Shown here piece after piece: positions 47,172 to 59,947 of a DNA stretch of 64,000 nucleotides; within the stretch, counting starts at the first letter, position 1; each line of letters starts with the position of its first letter. This DNA is from Opitutaceae bacterium. Its GTDB lineage: Bacteria > Verrucomicrobiota > Verrucomicrobiia > Opitutales > Opitutaceae. The position numbers and the translations under genes are program-made. The notes beneath the pieces are model-generated. The model saw only the letters and a list, made by a program, of their open reading frames with translations, was not told the origin of the DNA and made no database searches. The DNA lies in assembly GCA_016794785.1 (NCBI GenBank), contig JAEUHC010000007.1, positions 43,710-107,709 of the forward strand, read 5' to 3'.

Positions 47172-48190
47172 TTGGCCTCCGTGGCGGTGATGGCCTGGCC
47201 GTCGACGAGGGCGAGTTTGCCCACGAGGATCACGGACGCGGAGGCGTCGAGGCCCGCGACGACTTCGACGCGGGCGCCATCGTTGAAACCGATCTTGATC
47301 GCGGTCTTCTTCGCCTTGCCGGCGGTGGCGACGAAGGCGAACGCGTTGGCCTTTTCCATGACGAGGGCCTCGACGGGTAGGGTGAGGACATCGGTGTGCT
47401 TATCCACGCCGACCTTGATCGTGGCATACATGCCGGGGCGCAGCGCGAGGCCGGGATTCGGGAGGTCGGCTTCGACGAGCATCGTCTTGGTGGCTTCGTC
47501 GAGGACGTAGGCGAGGCGCGAGACCTTGGCCTCGAGGGGCGCGGCGGTGACGCCCTCGACGCTCACGCGCACGGGCTGGCCGACCTTGACGCGGGCGGCT
47601 TCGAGCTCAGGCACGGCGACGGCGGCGCGGATGGTTTGGAAATCCGTGAGCGTGACGAGCGCGGCGCCCTGCGGCGTGCTGCTGGCCGTGGCGGCGGGGA
47701 TAAAGGCGCCGACATCCGCGTAGCGCGCGGTGACGATGCCGGCGAAGGGGGCGGGCATCTTGGCGAAACCGAGCAGCGTCTCGGCGCGCGCGTGGTTGGC
47801 GCGGGCGATCTCGGCGCGGCCGCGGAGGGTGTCGAGGGCGAGCGGGGTGACGAGCTCGGGGGATTTGGCGGCGGCGGCTTCGAGGCGGGCGAGTTCCGTG
47901 GTGGCGGCGCTGGCCTCGGCGCGCGTGCGCGCGAGGTCGGCGAGGAGATCGGGCACCTCGAGTTCGGCCAGCGGTTGGCCGGCGGTGACGGCGTCGCCTT
48001 TGTCCACATGGATGGCCTTCAGGTAGCCGCCGACTTTGGCGTAGAGCGTGGCCTGCTGGTTGGCCTTGAGCGTGCCGGGCAGGGTCACGTAGCGGACGAC
48101 GTCGCCGCGCGCGGGGCGGACGACCTTGACCTCGGTGGAGGCGGGGAGGGCGACGGTGGAGGTTAAGAGGAGGAGAGGCAGTAGGCGCAT
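47168..48190 (-). CDS. RND efflux periplasmic adaptor (MFP)
   Basis: AKVGGYL..VDKGD lipoyl halves, APFAGIV, LRPGMY. Confidence 0.9.
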   Translation of the reverse strand: MRLLPLLLLTSTVALPASTEVKVVRPARGDVVRYVTLPGTLKANQQATLYAKVGGYLKAIHVDKGDAVTAGQPLAELEVPDLLADLARTRAEASAATTELARLEAAAAKSPELVTPLALDTLRGRAEIARANHARAETLLGFAKMPAPFAGIVTARYADVGAFIPAATASSTPQGAALVTLTDFQTIRAAVAVPELEAARVKVGQPVRVSVEGVTAAPLEAKVSRLAYVLDEATKTMLVEADLPNPGLALRPGMYATIKVGVDKHTDVLTLPVEALVMEKANAFAFVATAGKAKKTAIKIGFNDGARVEVVAGLDASASVILVGKLALVDGQAITATEAK

Positions 48191-48207
48191 GGAGAGTGGT
48201 TGAATTT

Positions 48208-48267
48208 GTAGCCGCGAGCGTGAGCGAGTGGTGGGCGGACGAGCCACTCGCTCACGCTCGCAGCTAC
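48208..48267. repeat. GTAG-type REP inverted pair
   Basis: 24-bp arms GTAGCCGCGAGCGTGAGCGAGTGG / CCACTCGCTCACGCTCGCAGCTAC (1 mismatch). Confidence 0.8.
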
Positions 48268-48271
48268 TGGC

Positions 48272-51200
48272 TTAGGACTTGGCGGGTTTTTCGTAGTATG
48301 AGCTGGCGGCGTCGTCTGGGTCGAGGGACGGCGAACGGGTGCTGCGGCCGGCGAGGATGGCAAAGAACGGCGGGAGCACGAAGAGCGTGGCGAGCGTCGC
48401 GAGGGCGAGGCCGCCGACGACGGCGCGGCCGAGCGGGGCGGTCTGGTCGCCGCTATCGCCCAGGCCGAGCGCGAGCGGCATCATGCCGGCGATCATGGCG
48501 AAGCTGGTCATGAGGATGGGCCGCAGGCGGCTGCCGGCGCCGGCGATGGCGGCGGCGCGGGCGTCGCCGGACTGGCGGCGGCTGCGCTCGGCAAAGGTGA
48601 CGAGGAGAATCGCATTCGCGACCGCCACGCCCACGGCCATGATCGCGCCCATGGCGGACTGGATGTTGAGCGTCATGCCGGTGAGCCAGAGCACGAGCAC
48701 GACGCCGGCGAGCACGGCGGGCACGGTGGAAATGACGGTGAGCGAGAGCCGCACGGACTCGAAGTTGGCCGCGAGCAGCAGGAAAATCACGATGATGGCG
48801 ATGATCAGGCCGGAGCGGAAACCGTCGAGCAACTGCTCGAGCGGCACGATCTGGCCGCGGAGATCGACCTTGGTGCGGGCCTCGGGCGGCGCGCCGGCCT
48901 CGGCGATGGCTTGGCGGATGGCGCGCGTGGAGGTGCCGAGATCGGAGCCGTGGATATTGGCGGTGATGCTCACGAGGCGGACGAGGTTGTAGCGCTCGTA
49001 GGTGCCGACGGAGGTGCCCGGCGTGATGGCCGCGAGATTGCGCAGGAGGACGGGCGGACCGTGGGAAGAAGTGACGGGGATGTTGCCCAAATCCTCGAGC
49101 GTGGTCGTGCGCGCCTCGGGGATCTGGACTTGGACGTTGAAGCTGATGCCCGAGCCCGGATCGGCCCAGAAGAGCGGGGTGGTGAAGCGGCTGGAGGTGG
49201 TCGCGGCGACGAGCGAGCGGGTGACGTCCGAGACCTTGACGCCGAGCAGGCCGGCGCGCTCGCGGTCCACGTTCACGCCGATGTTGGGATAGTCGAGGGT
49301 TTGCGCGATCTGCACATCGCGCAGGTAGGGGATGGTTTTCAGGCGCTCGATGATTTTGTCCGCGTAGGCCTTGCTGACCGGGAGGGCGGAGCCGCTGACG
49401 GCGATCTCAATGGGGGTCGGCGAGCCGAAGCTCATGACGCGCGAGACGATGTCCTGCGGCTCGAACGAGATTCGCACGTCCGGCAACTCGCGCGCAAAGA
49501 CGGCGCGGAGCTTTTCCTTCAGCGCCTCGATGCGGATGCCGGTGCCCGGCTTGAGCTCGACCGCAAGCCAGCCCTCCTCGGGGCCGCCGTTCCAGAGATG
49601 CACCAGGTTGACGGGGAAGCTGGAGTTGTGGACGCCGACCATGCCGATGGTGACCTCGATCTTGTCGGCGCCGCCGGCCTCGCGGGTGATGATGTTCAGG
49701 ACCTGCTTGGCGATCCCCTCGGTGAGATCCACCCGCGTGCCGCTCGGGGCGCGGAGGCGGAGGGCAAACTGGCCGTTGTCGGTCTTGGGGAAAATCTCCG
49801 TGCCGAGTCGCGCGCCGAAGATCGCTATGATCGCGCCGCAGGCGACGAGGTAGATGATCGCCAGCGGCCAGCGCAACCCGACGATGCCACGCAACAAGCC
49901 GGTGTAGCCGCGCTGCATCTTCGCGAAATAGGAAGCCTCGTGGATCCCGGCGGCGTGGCCGCGGAGAAACCAAACCGAGAGCACCGGGACGAGCGTGCTG
50001 GACAGCAGATAGGATGAAATCATCGCGAAGCCGACCGCGAGGGCCAGCGGCACGAAGAGCGCCTGCGCGGCGCCGACCATGAAGAACGCCGGGATGAACA
50101 CCGCGAGGATGCACAACATCGCGAGCAGGCGGGGCAGGGCGGTCTCGCGCGTGCCCTCGAGGGCGGCGCGCGAAATCGAAGAGCCGCGGGCGAGGTGCGC
50201 GTGGATGTTTTCCACGGCGACCGTCGATTCATCCACGAGGATGCCGATGGCGAGCGCGAGGCCGCCTAGCGTCATGAGGTGAATCGTCTGGCCCGTGATC
50301 CAGAGGGCGAAGATCGCGCCGAGGAGCGAGAGGGGGATGTTGATGACGACGATGAAGGCGCTGCGCCAGTCGCGGAGGAAGAGGAGCACCATCAAGCCGG
50401 TGAGCAGGGCGCCGAGGCCGCCCTCCTTCAGCACATCGCGGATCGTGCGGTTGACGACGGGCGACTGGTCGAAGACGTAGCTGACCTTGATGTCGTCGGG
50501 CAGGATTTTCTGAAACTCGGGGATGTTCTGTTTGACAAGGTTGACGACATCGAGGGTGGAGGCGTCGCCGCGTTTTGTGACCGGGAGATAGACGGTGCGG
50601 AGGCCGTTCGCGAGGGCGTGGGCGGTCGTGGTGTCGGCGCCGTCCGAGACGGTGGCGACATCGCGGAGGAAGACGGCGCCATTCTTGTTGTGGCGGAGCG
50701 GCACGGCCTCGAGGTCCTTCGGGTTCTTCACGATCGCGTTCATCTCCACGATGGGATACTTGTCCCCGAGGTTCATGTTGCCCGATGGGCTGATCGGATT
50801 GGATTCGGCGAGGGCCTTCACGATCTCGTCGGGCGAGAGGCCGTAGGAGCGCATGCGCTCGGGGTTCACGTTGACGACGATGCTGCGCGAGCTGCCGCCG
50901 AAGGGCGGCGGGGCCGACACGCCGGGGAGCGTGGCGAAGGCCGGGCGCACGCGGTTGAGCGCCTGATCCTGCATTTCACCGAGGGTGCGGTTGGGGTTGT
51001 CGGTCGAAAAAACGAGATAGCCGACGGCGACGCTGCCGGCATCGAAGCGCATGATGAACGGCGCGGCGGTGTTGGGCGGCATGAACGCCCGCGAGCGGTT
51101 CACCTGCGCGACGGTCTCCGACATGGCCTGCGACATGTCCGTGCCGGGGTGAAACTGGAGCTTCATGATCGAAGCGCCCTGGATGGACTTCGATTCGACG

Positions 51201-51436
51201 TGCTCGATGCCCGAGATGTAGAGGAAGTGATACTCGTAGCGGTAGGTCAGGTAGCCCTCCATCTGCGCCGGGTCCATGCCGCCAAAAGGCTGCGCCACGT
51301 AGATCGTGGGGATGCCGAGGGGCGGGAAGATGTCGCGCGACATCCGTTGGGTGCCGAGCCCGGCGGCGAGCGCGACCGCGAGGACGAGGACCACGACGGT
51401 GAGAGGGCGGCGCAGGGCAAGCTGGAGAAAATTCAT
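48272..51436 (-). CDS. RND efflux permease (AcrB/CusA family)
   Basis: DIFP, LAIGILVDESTVAVENI, RLRPILMT; 12-TM layout. Confidence 0.93.
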   Translation of the reverse strand: MNFLQLALRRPLTVVVLVLAVALAAGLGTQRMSRDIFPPLGIPTIYVAQPFGGMDPAQMEGYLTYRYEYHFLYISGIEHVESKSIQGASIMKLQFHPGTDMSQAMSETVAQVNRSRAFMPPNTAAPFIMRFDAGSVAVGYLVFSTDNPNRTLGEMQDQALNRVRPAFATLPGVSAPPPFGGSSRSIVVNVNPERMRSYGLSPDEIVKALAESNPISPSGNMNLGDKYPIVEMNAIVKNPKDLEAVPLRHNKNGAVFLRDVATVSDGADTTTAHALANGLRTVYLPVTKRGDASTLDVVNLVKQNIPEFQKILPDDIKVSYVFDQSPVVNRTIRDVLKEGGLGALLTGLMVLLFLRDWRSAFIVVINIPLSLLGAIFALWITGQTIHLMTLGGLALAIGILVDESTVAVENIHAHLARGSSISRAALEGTRETALPRLLAMLCILAVFIPAFFMVGAAQALFVPLALAVGFAMISSYLLSSTLVPVLSVWFLRGHAAGIHEASYFAKMQRGYTGLLRGIVGLRWPLAIIYLVACGAIIAIFGARLGTEIFPKTDNGQFALRLRAPSGTRVDLTEGIAKQVLNIITREAGGADKIEVTIGMVGVHNSSFPVNLVHLWNGGPEEGWLAVELKPGTGIRIEALKEKLRAVFARELPDVRISFEPQDIVSRVMSFGSPTPIEIAVSGSALPVSKAYADKIIERLKTIPYLRDVQIAQTLDYPNIGVNVDRERAGLLGVKVSDVTRSLVAATTSSRFTTPLFWADPGSGISFNVQVQIPEARTTTLEDLGNIPVTSSHGPPVLLRNLAAITPGTSVGTYERYNLVRLVSITANIHGSDLGTSTRAIRQAIAEAGAPPEARTKVDLRGQIVPLEQLLDGFRSGLIIAIIVIFLLLAANFESVRLSLTVISTVPAVLAGVVLVLWLTGMTLNIQSAMGAIMAVGVAVANAILLVTFAERSRRQSGDARAAAIAGAGSRLRPILMTSFAMIAGMMPLALGLGDSGDQTAPLGRAVVGGLALATLATLFVLPPFFAILAGRSTRSPSLDPDDAASSYYEKPAKS

Positions 51437-51574
51437 GCGGCGGAGGACGAACTTGGGGTCAGAGACAGGGGGAAGGGAAGCGCGAAGAACAGACGGAGGC
51501 AATGAAGGCCTGCGGCTCGGCGGCGGTCGAGGGTGAAGCGGCCAAGACGCCGACGGGCAGATGTGGTTGCGCGC

Positions 51575-52111
51575 TTATCGCGAGGCCCGCACCAGCGCTG
51601 CGATTTGCGCCGCGGCCTCCGTGGGCGTGAGCACCGTGGTGTCGAGGCGCAGCCGCGATGCCGGCAGCACCGGGCGGTCGAAGGCCCCGGCCTCACGCAC
51701 CTGCCGGTAAAGCGCGAGATCGGTGAGCTTGCCATCGCGGCGCCGGGAATCGGAGCCGAGCCGGCGCTCAATCTCGGGCTCGGGCGCGGTCAGCTCGACG
51801 GGAGTCACCTCGCCGCCGGCCGCGGTGACCTCGGCGCAGAGTTCGTCGATGAAGCGCTGGGGGACAGTGTTCTCGGGATTAAACGTGAAGATCAGCACCG
51901 GCAGCCGGTCGGCGAGCGCGCGGCGAAAGCCGGCCCACCACACCTGCTCGCGCAATGCGACGAAGCCCGGCGTGCCGAAATCGCTGATCGCAAGCGCGAG
52001 ATTCACCGCGAGGTGATTGTGGAAAAGCCGCCAGCCGGTGCGCCGCGCGAGTTCGCGGGCGACGGTGAGTTTGCCCACCGCGGGCCGGCCGTGGAGGAAG
52101 ATCAGTTTCAT
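51575..52111 (-). CDS. P-loop nucleotide-kinase-like protein
   Basis: GRPAVGKLT Walker A at the N-terminus. Confidence 0.75.
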   Translation of the reverse strand: MKLIFLHGRPAVGKLTVARELARRTGWRLFHNHLAVNLALAISDFGTPGFVALREQVWWAGFRRALADRLPVLIFTFNPENTVPQRFIDELCAEVTAAGGEVTPVELTAPEPEIERRLGSDSRRRDGKLTDLALYRQVREAGAFDRPVLPASRLRLDTTVLTPTEAAAQIAALVRASR

Positions 52112-52174
52112 CGCGAAGGCGGGAGCGTTATCAGCCGCGAATGCAACCGCGCTGAATCGCTTGCAAGCAAGCTC

Positions 52175-52660
52175 CTACCTGGCGGCCGGGGAATACAGCA
52201 CCTGCTCCAAATTCGCGACCAGCACCCGTGCGCCCTTGCGCACGAAGGCGTGGCCCTCGGCGGCGAGCTTCCTCTCCAGCGCGGCGATGCCGCCCGGGTA
52301 TTTCGGGTTGAGCTCGCCGCCCTTCTTGAGCGTGCGCCAGTAAGGTGTGGGCGCCGTTTCCCCAGCGGCGAGCGCCTCTTCCGCGGCGTTGGCCGCGATC
52401 CAAGAAAAGATGCCCGTGGTGATCGGGCAGCCGGCGGCGGCGCGGTGTTTTTTTGCGATGGCGGCGCGCAGCTCGTTGATGGTCGTCACCCGGCCCCGCG
52501 GCACGGTGCGCATCAGGGCATCGACGTCGCGCGGGGCGGGGATGGCGAGGGTCGCGCCGCCCCAGCGTTTGCGCCCGGCCGGCGGGATTTTCACGACCTT
52601 CGGCAGGTCCTTGTCGTCGGCGAGCTTTTCGCGCCACGATTTTTTCGCCTTGGGCGTCAT
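52175..52660 (-). CDS. MGMT/alkyltransferase-like DNA-binding protein
   Basis: VPRGRVTT, CPITTG, PYWR (PCHR equivalent), LAAEGH. Confidence 0.7.
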   Translation of the reverse strand: MTPKAKKSWREKLADDKDLPKVVKIPPAGRKRWGGATLAIPAPRDVDALMRTVPRGRVTTINELRAAIAKKHRAAAGCPITTGIFSWIAANAAEEALAAGETAPTPYWRTLKKGGELNPKYPGGIAALERKLAAEGHAFVRKGARVLVANLEQVLYSPAAR

Positions 52661-52686
52661 GATCCTGCTTTCGAGGCTGAGACCGC

Positions 52687-53637
52687 TTACCTCTGTTCGA
52701 GCCAGATCGCCTCAATCACTTCGAATGTGTTGGTCGCTTTTTTCACGACGCGCGGCGTGATGAATTCTACGCGAGGCGTGAAGTCCGGCTGTGTCCGTGG
52801 CAGCGGTGCGATCGCACCTTGCGCAACCTTGAAGGGGAATTTTCGCAGCACCGCGCCGTCGGATTGCCGTGTGACGCGCAGCTCATGCGACCCGTCGATG
52901 AGCCAGTCGGTCGCGGTGAAGGCCCGCGCGGCGTGTGACTGCCGGTCTTCGTGCGGATGGAAGAGTGTGATTTCGGCGCGCCTGTAATGTCCGGCCGGGA
53001 TGTGGCCCTGGGCTTTCTTGCTATATGCGATCACGGAGCCGTTGCGCAGCAGCGAGACGGCGAACATGTCCTGCTTGGCGGACCCCGCGAGGTCCGCGCC
53101 GCCCACCCACAGGGTGAGGTAGGGTATCAGCTGATCGCGGCTGGGCTTCATGGTCAGGTGGGCATACCTGGCCCACGGTCCCTCGAAGACGAAGGCGCGG
53201 GCGTTGTTGTAAGGGTCGGGTGTGCTTGCAGCCGCCTTGAGCGTGAACGGCAGGCGGGTCGCAGGCTTGCCGGCCACGCTGAAGACGAGCGTGTAGTTTC
53301 CAGGTGCCGCGAGCTGCACTTCGGCTGGTCCCTTGATTTGCACTCGGCCGAAGACCGCGGCGCGGACCTTGTAATCCTCGAAGAAGGGGAACCGGGCGAT
53401 GGTTTTGCCGGCGCTGTCCACCACGGCGGCGTCGCCGCGAAACGCACCGTCCGGCGCGTGCACCACGACGTGGTCACCGAAGCGAACCGTGCCGGTGGCG
53501 CCGTTGCAAAACGTATCGAGCACAGACTCCCATTCGAAGACGGGCGTCGGGTTCTGCGCGCTCAGTGGCGCGGCCAGCGCGATTCCAAACGCGATGAAAA
53601 GGGCGGGCAAGAGAGGCCGGCGCAGAATCGTTTTCAT
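52687..53637 (-). CDS. Secreted hypothetical protein
   Basis: Signal peptide ending LSA-Q; beta-rich; no motif recognised. Confidence 0.7.
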   Translation of the reverse strand: MKTILRRPLLPALFIAFGIALAAPLSAQNPTPVFEWESVLDTFCNGATGTVRFGDHVVVHAPDGAFRGDAAVVDSAGKTIARFPFFEDYKVRAAVFGRVQIKGPAEVQLAAPGNYTLVFSVAGKPATRLPFTLKAAASTPDPYNNARAFVFEGPWARYAHLTMKPSRDQLIPYLTLWVGGADLAGSAKQDMFAVSLLRNGSVIAYSKKAQGHIPAGHYRRAEITLFHPHEDRQSHAARAFTATDWLIDGSHELRVTRQSDGAVLRKFPFKVAQGAIAPLPRTQPDFTPRVEFITPRVVKKATNTFEVIEAIWLEQR

Positions 53638-53706
53638 GGGCTTCGTATTTCGGCTGTTTCATCCGGGGAGAATCCCGGTGCGTCGAGGGTTTTGGAGATA
53701 AGGCAT

Positions 53707-53735
53707 AAAAAACGCCCCGCGTTTCGGCGGGGCGT
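53707..53735 (-). terminator. Rho-independent terminator after fba
   Basis: ACGCCCCGC-N6-GCGGGGCGT followed by a T-run on the minus strand. Confidence 0.8.
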
Positions 53736-53743
53736 GGGGGAGA

Positions 53744-54694
53744 TTATTTCTTCAGGCTGGCGCGCAGGTCGTCGAGCTGGCCGGCGCTGCCGAGGAGCTT
53801 GTTGCGGCTCGCGATGAACTTCGCGTATTCCTCGATGAAGATCTTGCCCGGCGGGCGGAAGTCGAACTCGGCCGGCTTGTCGCGGAAAAACTCGCGGTGG
53901 ACGCGGGTCCAGACGAGGCGGCCGTCGGTGTCGATGTTGACTTTGGTCACGCCACGTTTGGCGGCGGGGAGGTATTCGTTTACATCGACGCCCATCGAGC
54001 CGGCGATTTGGCCGCCGGCGGCGTTGATGCGGGCGACCTCGTCCTGCGGGACCGAGGAGGAGCCGTGCATGACGAGCGGGAAGCCGGGGAGGCGGGCCTT
54101 GATCTTCTCGAGCACATCGAAGTGCAGCGACTGCTTGCCCTTGAACTTGAAGGCGCCGTGGCTCGTGCCGATGGCGCAGGCGAGGGAGTCGCAGCCGGTC
54201 TTCTTCACGAAATCCTCGGCCTCGACGGGATCGGTGAGGCACGCGTTGCCTTCCTCGACCTTGATGTCCTCCTCGACGCCGCCGAGCATGCCGAGCTCGG
54301 CCTCGACGGAGATGCCCTTGGCGTGCGCCTTGTCCACGACGCGCTTGGTGATGGCGACGTTCTCATCGAACGGATCGTGCGAGGCGTCGATCATGACGGA
54401 GCTGAAGAAGCCGGAGTCGATGCACTCGTAGCAGGTCTGCTCGTCGCCGTGGTCGAGGTGGACGGCGAAGATGGCGTCGGGGAAAATCTCGCCGGCCGAG
54501 CGGATGATGGCCTCGAGCATGCGCTTGTCGGTGTATTTCCGCGCGCCCTTGGAAATCTGGATGATGAACGGCGCCTTGGAGTCGATGCAGCCCTTGAAGA
54601 GGCCCATCGCCTGCTCGGCGTTGTTGATGTTGTAGGCGCCGACGGCGTATTTCCCGTAGGCGTGTTTGAACAGCTGCGCGGTGGTGACGATCAT
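53744..54694 (-). CDS. fba: Class II fructose-bisphosphate aldolase
   Basis: AVGAYNIN, HLDHG, VEAELG, IGTSHG, LVMHGSS, KVNIDTD; start MIVTTAQ. Confidence 0.95.
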   Translation of the reverse strand: MIVTTAQLFKHAYGKYAVGAYNINNAEQAMGLFKGCIDSKAPFIIQISKGARKYTDKRMLEAIIRSAGEIFPDAIFAVHLDHGDEQTCYECIDSGFFSSVMIDASHDPFDENVAITKRVVDKAHAKGISVEAELGMLGGVEEDIKVEEGNACLTDPVEAEDFVKKTGCDSLACAIGTSHGAFKFKGKQSLHFDVLEKIKARLPGFPLVMHGSSSVPQDEVARINAAGGQIAGSMGVDVNEYLPAAKRGVTKVNIDTDGRLVWTRVHREFFRDKPAEFDFRPPGKIFIEEYAKFIASRNKLLGSAGQLDDLRASLKK

Positions 54695-54801
54695 GGTCGG
54701 ATAAGTGAAAGGATGAGGTTCCAGCCCAGCGCGGCGGCGGGCAAGGGTTTTCTCGGGGATGACGCGGATGGTGACGGGCGGTGTGGATACCGCGGGTGCG
54801 G

Positions 54802-55833
54802 CTACCGCTTGCCGTCGGGGCCGGCGGGAGACGGCGGGGCGGGGGTAAACGTCTCCGCCACGAGTTTGCGCAGCTGCATTTGGGCCTGTTGCTGCTGTTG
54901 GAGCTGTTGCAGGGCGGTGAGCTGCGGCGGGCTGAGCACGCCTTGGGCTTGGGTGAGGGCCGCCGGACTGATCAGGCTGGTGGCGCGTCCGCCGTCGGCT
55001 CCGCCGGCCAACAGAGTGCCAAGCGCCGCGTTGAGATCGGTGGGGCGCGCGGCGGGCTTGGGCGTGGTGCTGGGATTGGCGGGCAGGGCCAGCGGATTGC
55101 TGGCGAGAATCTGCGCCAGCTTTTCGGCCTGCGCGTTGGTCAGTGGCGCGGCGGTGTAGCTCAGCCGCTGCTGGAGTTCGCTCACGGTGTTGCGCTGCGC
55201 GAGGGTCTGTTCGTAGCCGGTGAGCTGCGCAAACCCCGCCTCGCCGATCAGGCCCTTGATGGAGCGGTTGATCTCCTCTTGGGTGCTGGCGACCAGTTGC
55301 TGAAAGCCCGCGACGTTGCTGCGCGGATCGACTCCCTGATCGCGGGCGACCGCCGACACATCCAGCAGGGAGGCGGTGCGCTCGGCCAGAAGGGCGGTGA
55401 GCTTCGCGACCTGATCGGGCGGCAGATTGAGATGGCGGAAGAGTGCGGCGTAACGGGATTCGATGACGCCGCGTTGCTGGAGGTGGATCAGCGCCTGCAC
55501 CTCGGGCTTGGCCACGAGGTCGCGCATCGTGTCGAATTTTTGGTCGGCCTTGTTCACGTTGCCAGCGGTGCCGCCGCCGCGCGCCGCCGGGGAACCGGGA
55601 CTGGCATTGCCGCCTCCGGCCTCGCCCTCGCGGCGCGCGGCCGCTTGGTTTTTCAGCTCGCGGTTGGCCTTCTCCAGATCCCAGACGCGCTTTTGGAACT
55701 CCGCCCGCTCGTCGCGCGGCATGGCGGCGCTGCGCAGGGCGGCGATCTCGCCGTGCTGCCGCCACGCGACGAACCCGCCGCACGCCGTCGTCAGCGCGAG
55801 GAGGACGATCAGCCAGCTCTTCGCGGATTTCAT
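54802..55833 (-). CDS. Hypothetical membrane-anchored coiled-coil protein
   Basis: N-terminal TM, helical, Q-rich C-terminus. Confidence 0.75.
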   Translation of the reverse strand: MKSAKSWLIVLLALTTACGGFVAWRQHGEIAALRSAAMPRDERAEFQKRVWDLEKANRELKNQAAARREGEAGGGNASPGSPAARGGGTAGNVNKADQKFDTMRDLVAKPEVQALIHLQQRGVIESRYAALFRHLNLPPDQVAKLTALLAERTASLLDVSAVARDQGVDPRSNVAGFQQLVASTQEEINRSIKGLIGEAGFAQLTGYEQTLAQRNTVSELQQRLSYTAAPLTNAQAEKLAQILASNPLALPANPSTTPKPAARPTDLNAALGTLLAGGADGGRATSLISPAALTQAQGVLSPPQLTALQQLQQQQQAQMQLRKLVAETFTPAPPSPAGPDGKR

Positions 55834-55863
55834 GCGCGGCCAGACGCGGCGGGCGGGCGGACG

Positions 55864-58662
<2,799 letters not shown>

Positions 58663-58784
58663 GTGGTCGCGAGCGGTTACTGGCGCGCGAACGAAGTGCA
58701 AGAAATTGTTTTCACGGGACCGCGCAAAAAATGAAAAACGCGAGCCGCCAGGGCTCGCGTTTGGAGAGGGAAAACAGGCGGCGC

Positions 58785-59876
58785 TTACGCCGTCGCCAGC
58801 TTCGGCGTCTCGGCCAGCGCAGCGTCGAGCGACTTCAGCATCGCCGCGATCGTCTCGTCGGTCTCGTCGCCCATGTTGGAGATGCGGAAGGTCTTTCCCT
58901 TCAGCTTTCCGTAGCCGCCATCGATGACGAGCTTGTGCTTCGACTTGAGCGTCTTGTTCAGCGCGGCGAGGTCGATGTTCTGCGTGTTGGCGAAGCAGTT
59001 CAGCGTGACGGAGCCGTAGCCTTCCTTGGGGAAGAGCTTGAAGCCTTTGCCGAAAACGAAATCGCGCACCGTCTTGTTCAAGCGGGCGTGGCGGGCGTAG
59101 CGGGCTTCGAGGCCCTCGGCCTTGATGTCGTCGAGTTTCGAGCGGAGCGCGTAGAAAAGCGAGATGACGGGCGTGCTCGGCGTCATGCCGGCCTCGTGGT
59201 TCTTCTGGAATTCGACGTAGTCGAAATAATAGCCGCGGTCGGTCATCGTCGCGGCGCGGTCGAGCGCCTTCTTCGAGACGGAGAGGAACGAAAGGCCGGG
59301 GGGGAGCGCGAAGGCCTTTTGCGAGCCAGCGACGAGCACATCGATGCCGAGCTCGTCCTTCTTGATCGGGAGCGCGCTGAGCGAGCTCACGGTGTCCACG
59401 ATCGCGATCACGTCGGGGAACTCGCGCACGACCTTCATGATCGCGGCGAGGTCGCTCATGCAGCCGCATGAGGTCTCGTTGTGGATGAGGGTGAGGGCAT
59501 CGTAGGCGCCGGTGGCGAGTTCCTTGCGGACGGCCTCGGGATCGACGGGCTGGCCCCACTCGAACTTGAGCGCGGTGGCCTGCTTGCCGCAGCGGAGCGC
59601 GACATCATACCACTTGTCCGAGAAGGCGCCGTTCATGCAGTTGAGCACCTTCTTTTTGACGACGTTGCGGAGGGAGCCCTCCATCACGCCCCAGGCGCTG
59701 CTGGTCGAGAGATAGACGGGGTCCTTGGTGTAACAGAGGGCCTGCAGCTCCGGCTGGATGGAGTTGTAGAGCGCGACGAAGTCCGTGCTGCGGTGCCCGA
59801 TCATGGGCTGCGACATGGCGCGGAGGGTTTTGTCCGAGACGGCGATGGGACCGGGAATGAAGAGTTTGTAGCTCAT
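58785..59876 (-). CDS. Class V PLP aminotransferase (alanine-glyoxylate/serine-pyruvate-like)
   Basis: LFIPGP, HNETS, VDTVSS, GSQKAFALPPG. Confidence 0.9.
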   Translation of the reverse strand: MSYKLFIPGPIAVSDKTLRAMSQPMIGHRSTDFVALYNSIQPELQALCYTKDPVYLSTSSAWGVMEGSLRNVVKKKVLNCMNGAFSDKWYDVALRCGKQATALKFEWGQPVDPEAVRKELATGAYDALTLIHNETSCGCMSDLAAIMKVVREFPDVIAIVDTVSSLSALPIKKDELGIDVLVAGSQKAFALPPGLSFLSVSKKALDRAATMTDRGYYFDYVEFQKNHEAGMTPSTPVISLFYALRSKLDDIKAEGLEARYARHARLNKTVRDFVFGKGFKLFPKEGYGSVTLNCFANTQNIDLAALNKTLKSKHKLVIDGGYGKLKGKTFRISNMGDETDETIAAMLKSLDAALAETPKLATA

Positions 59877-59947
59877 GATGAAGGCGCGTAAGCGCCGAAA
59901 AACAGTTTGTGCGGACGGACGCGTCAACCTTCATTCCTGTCCACTCA

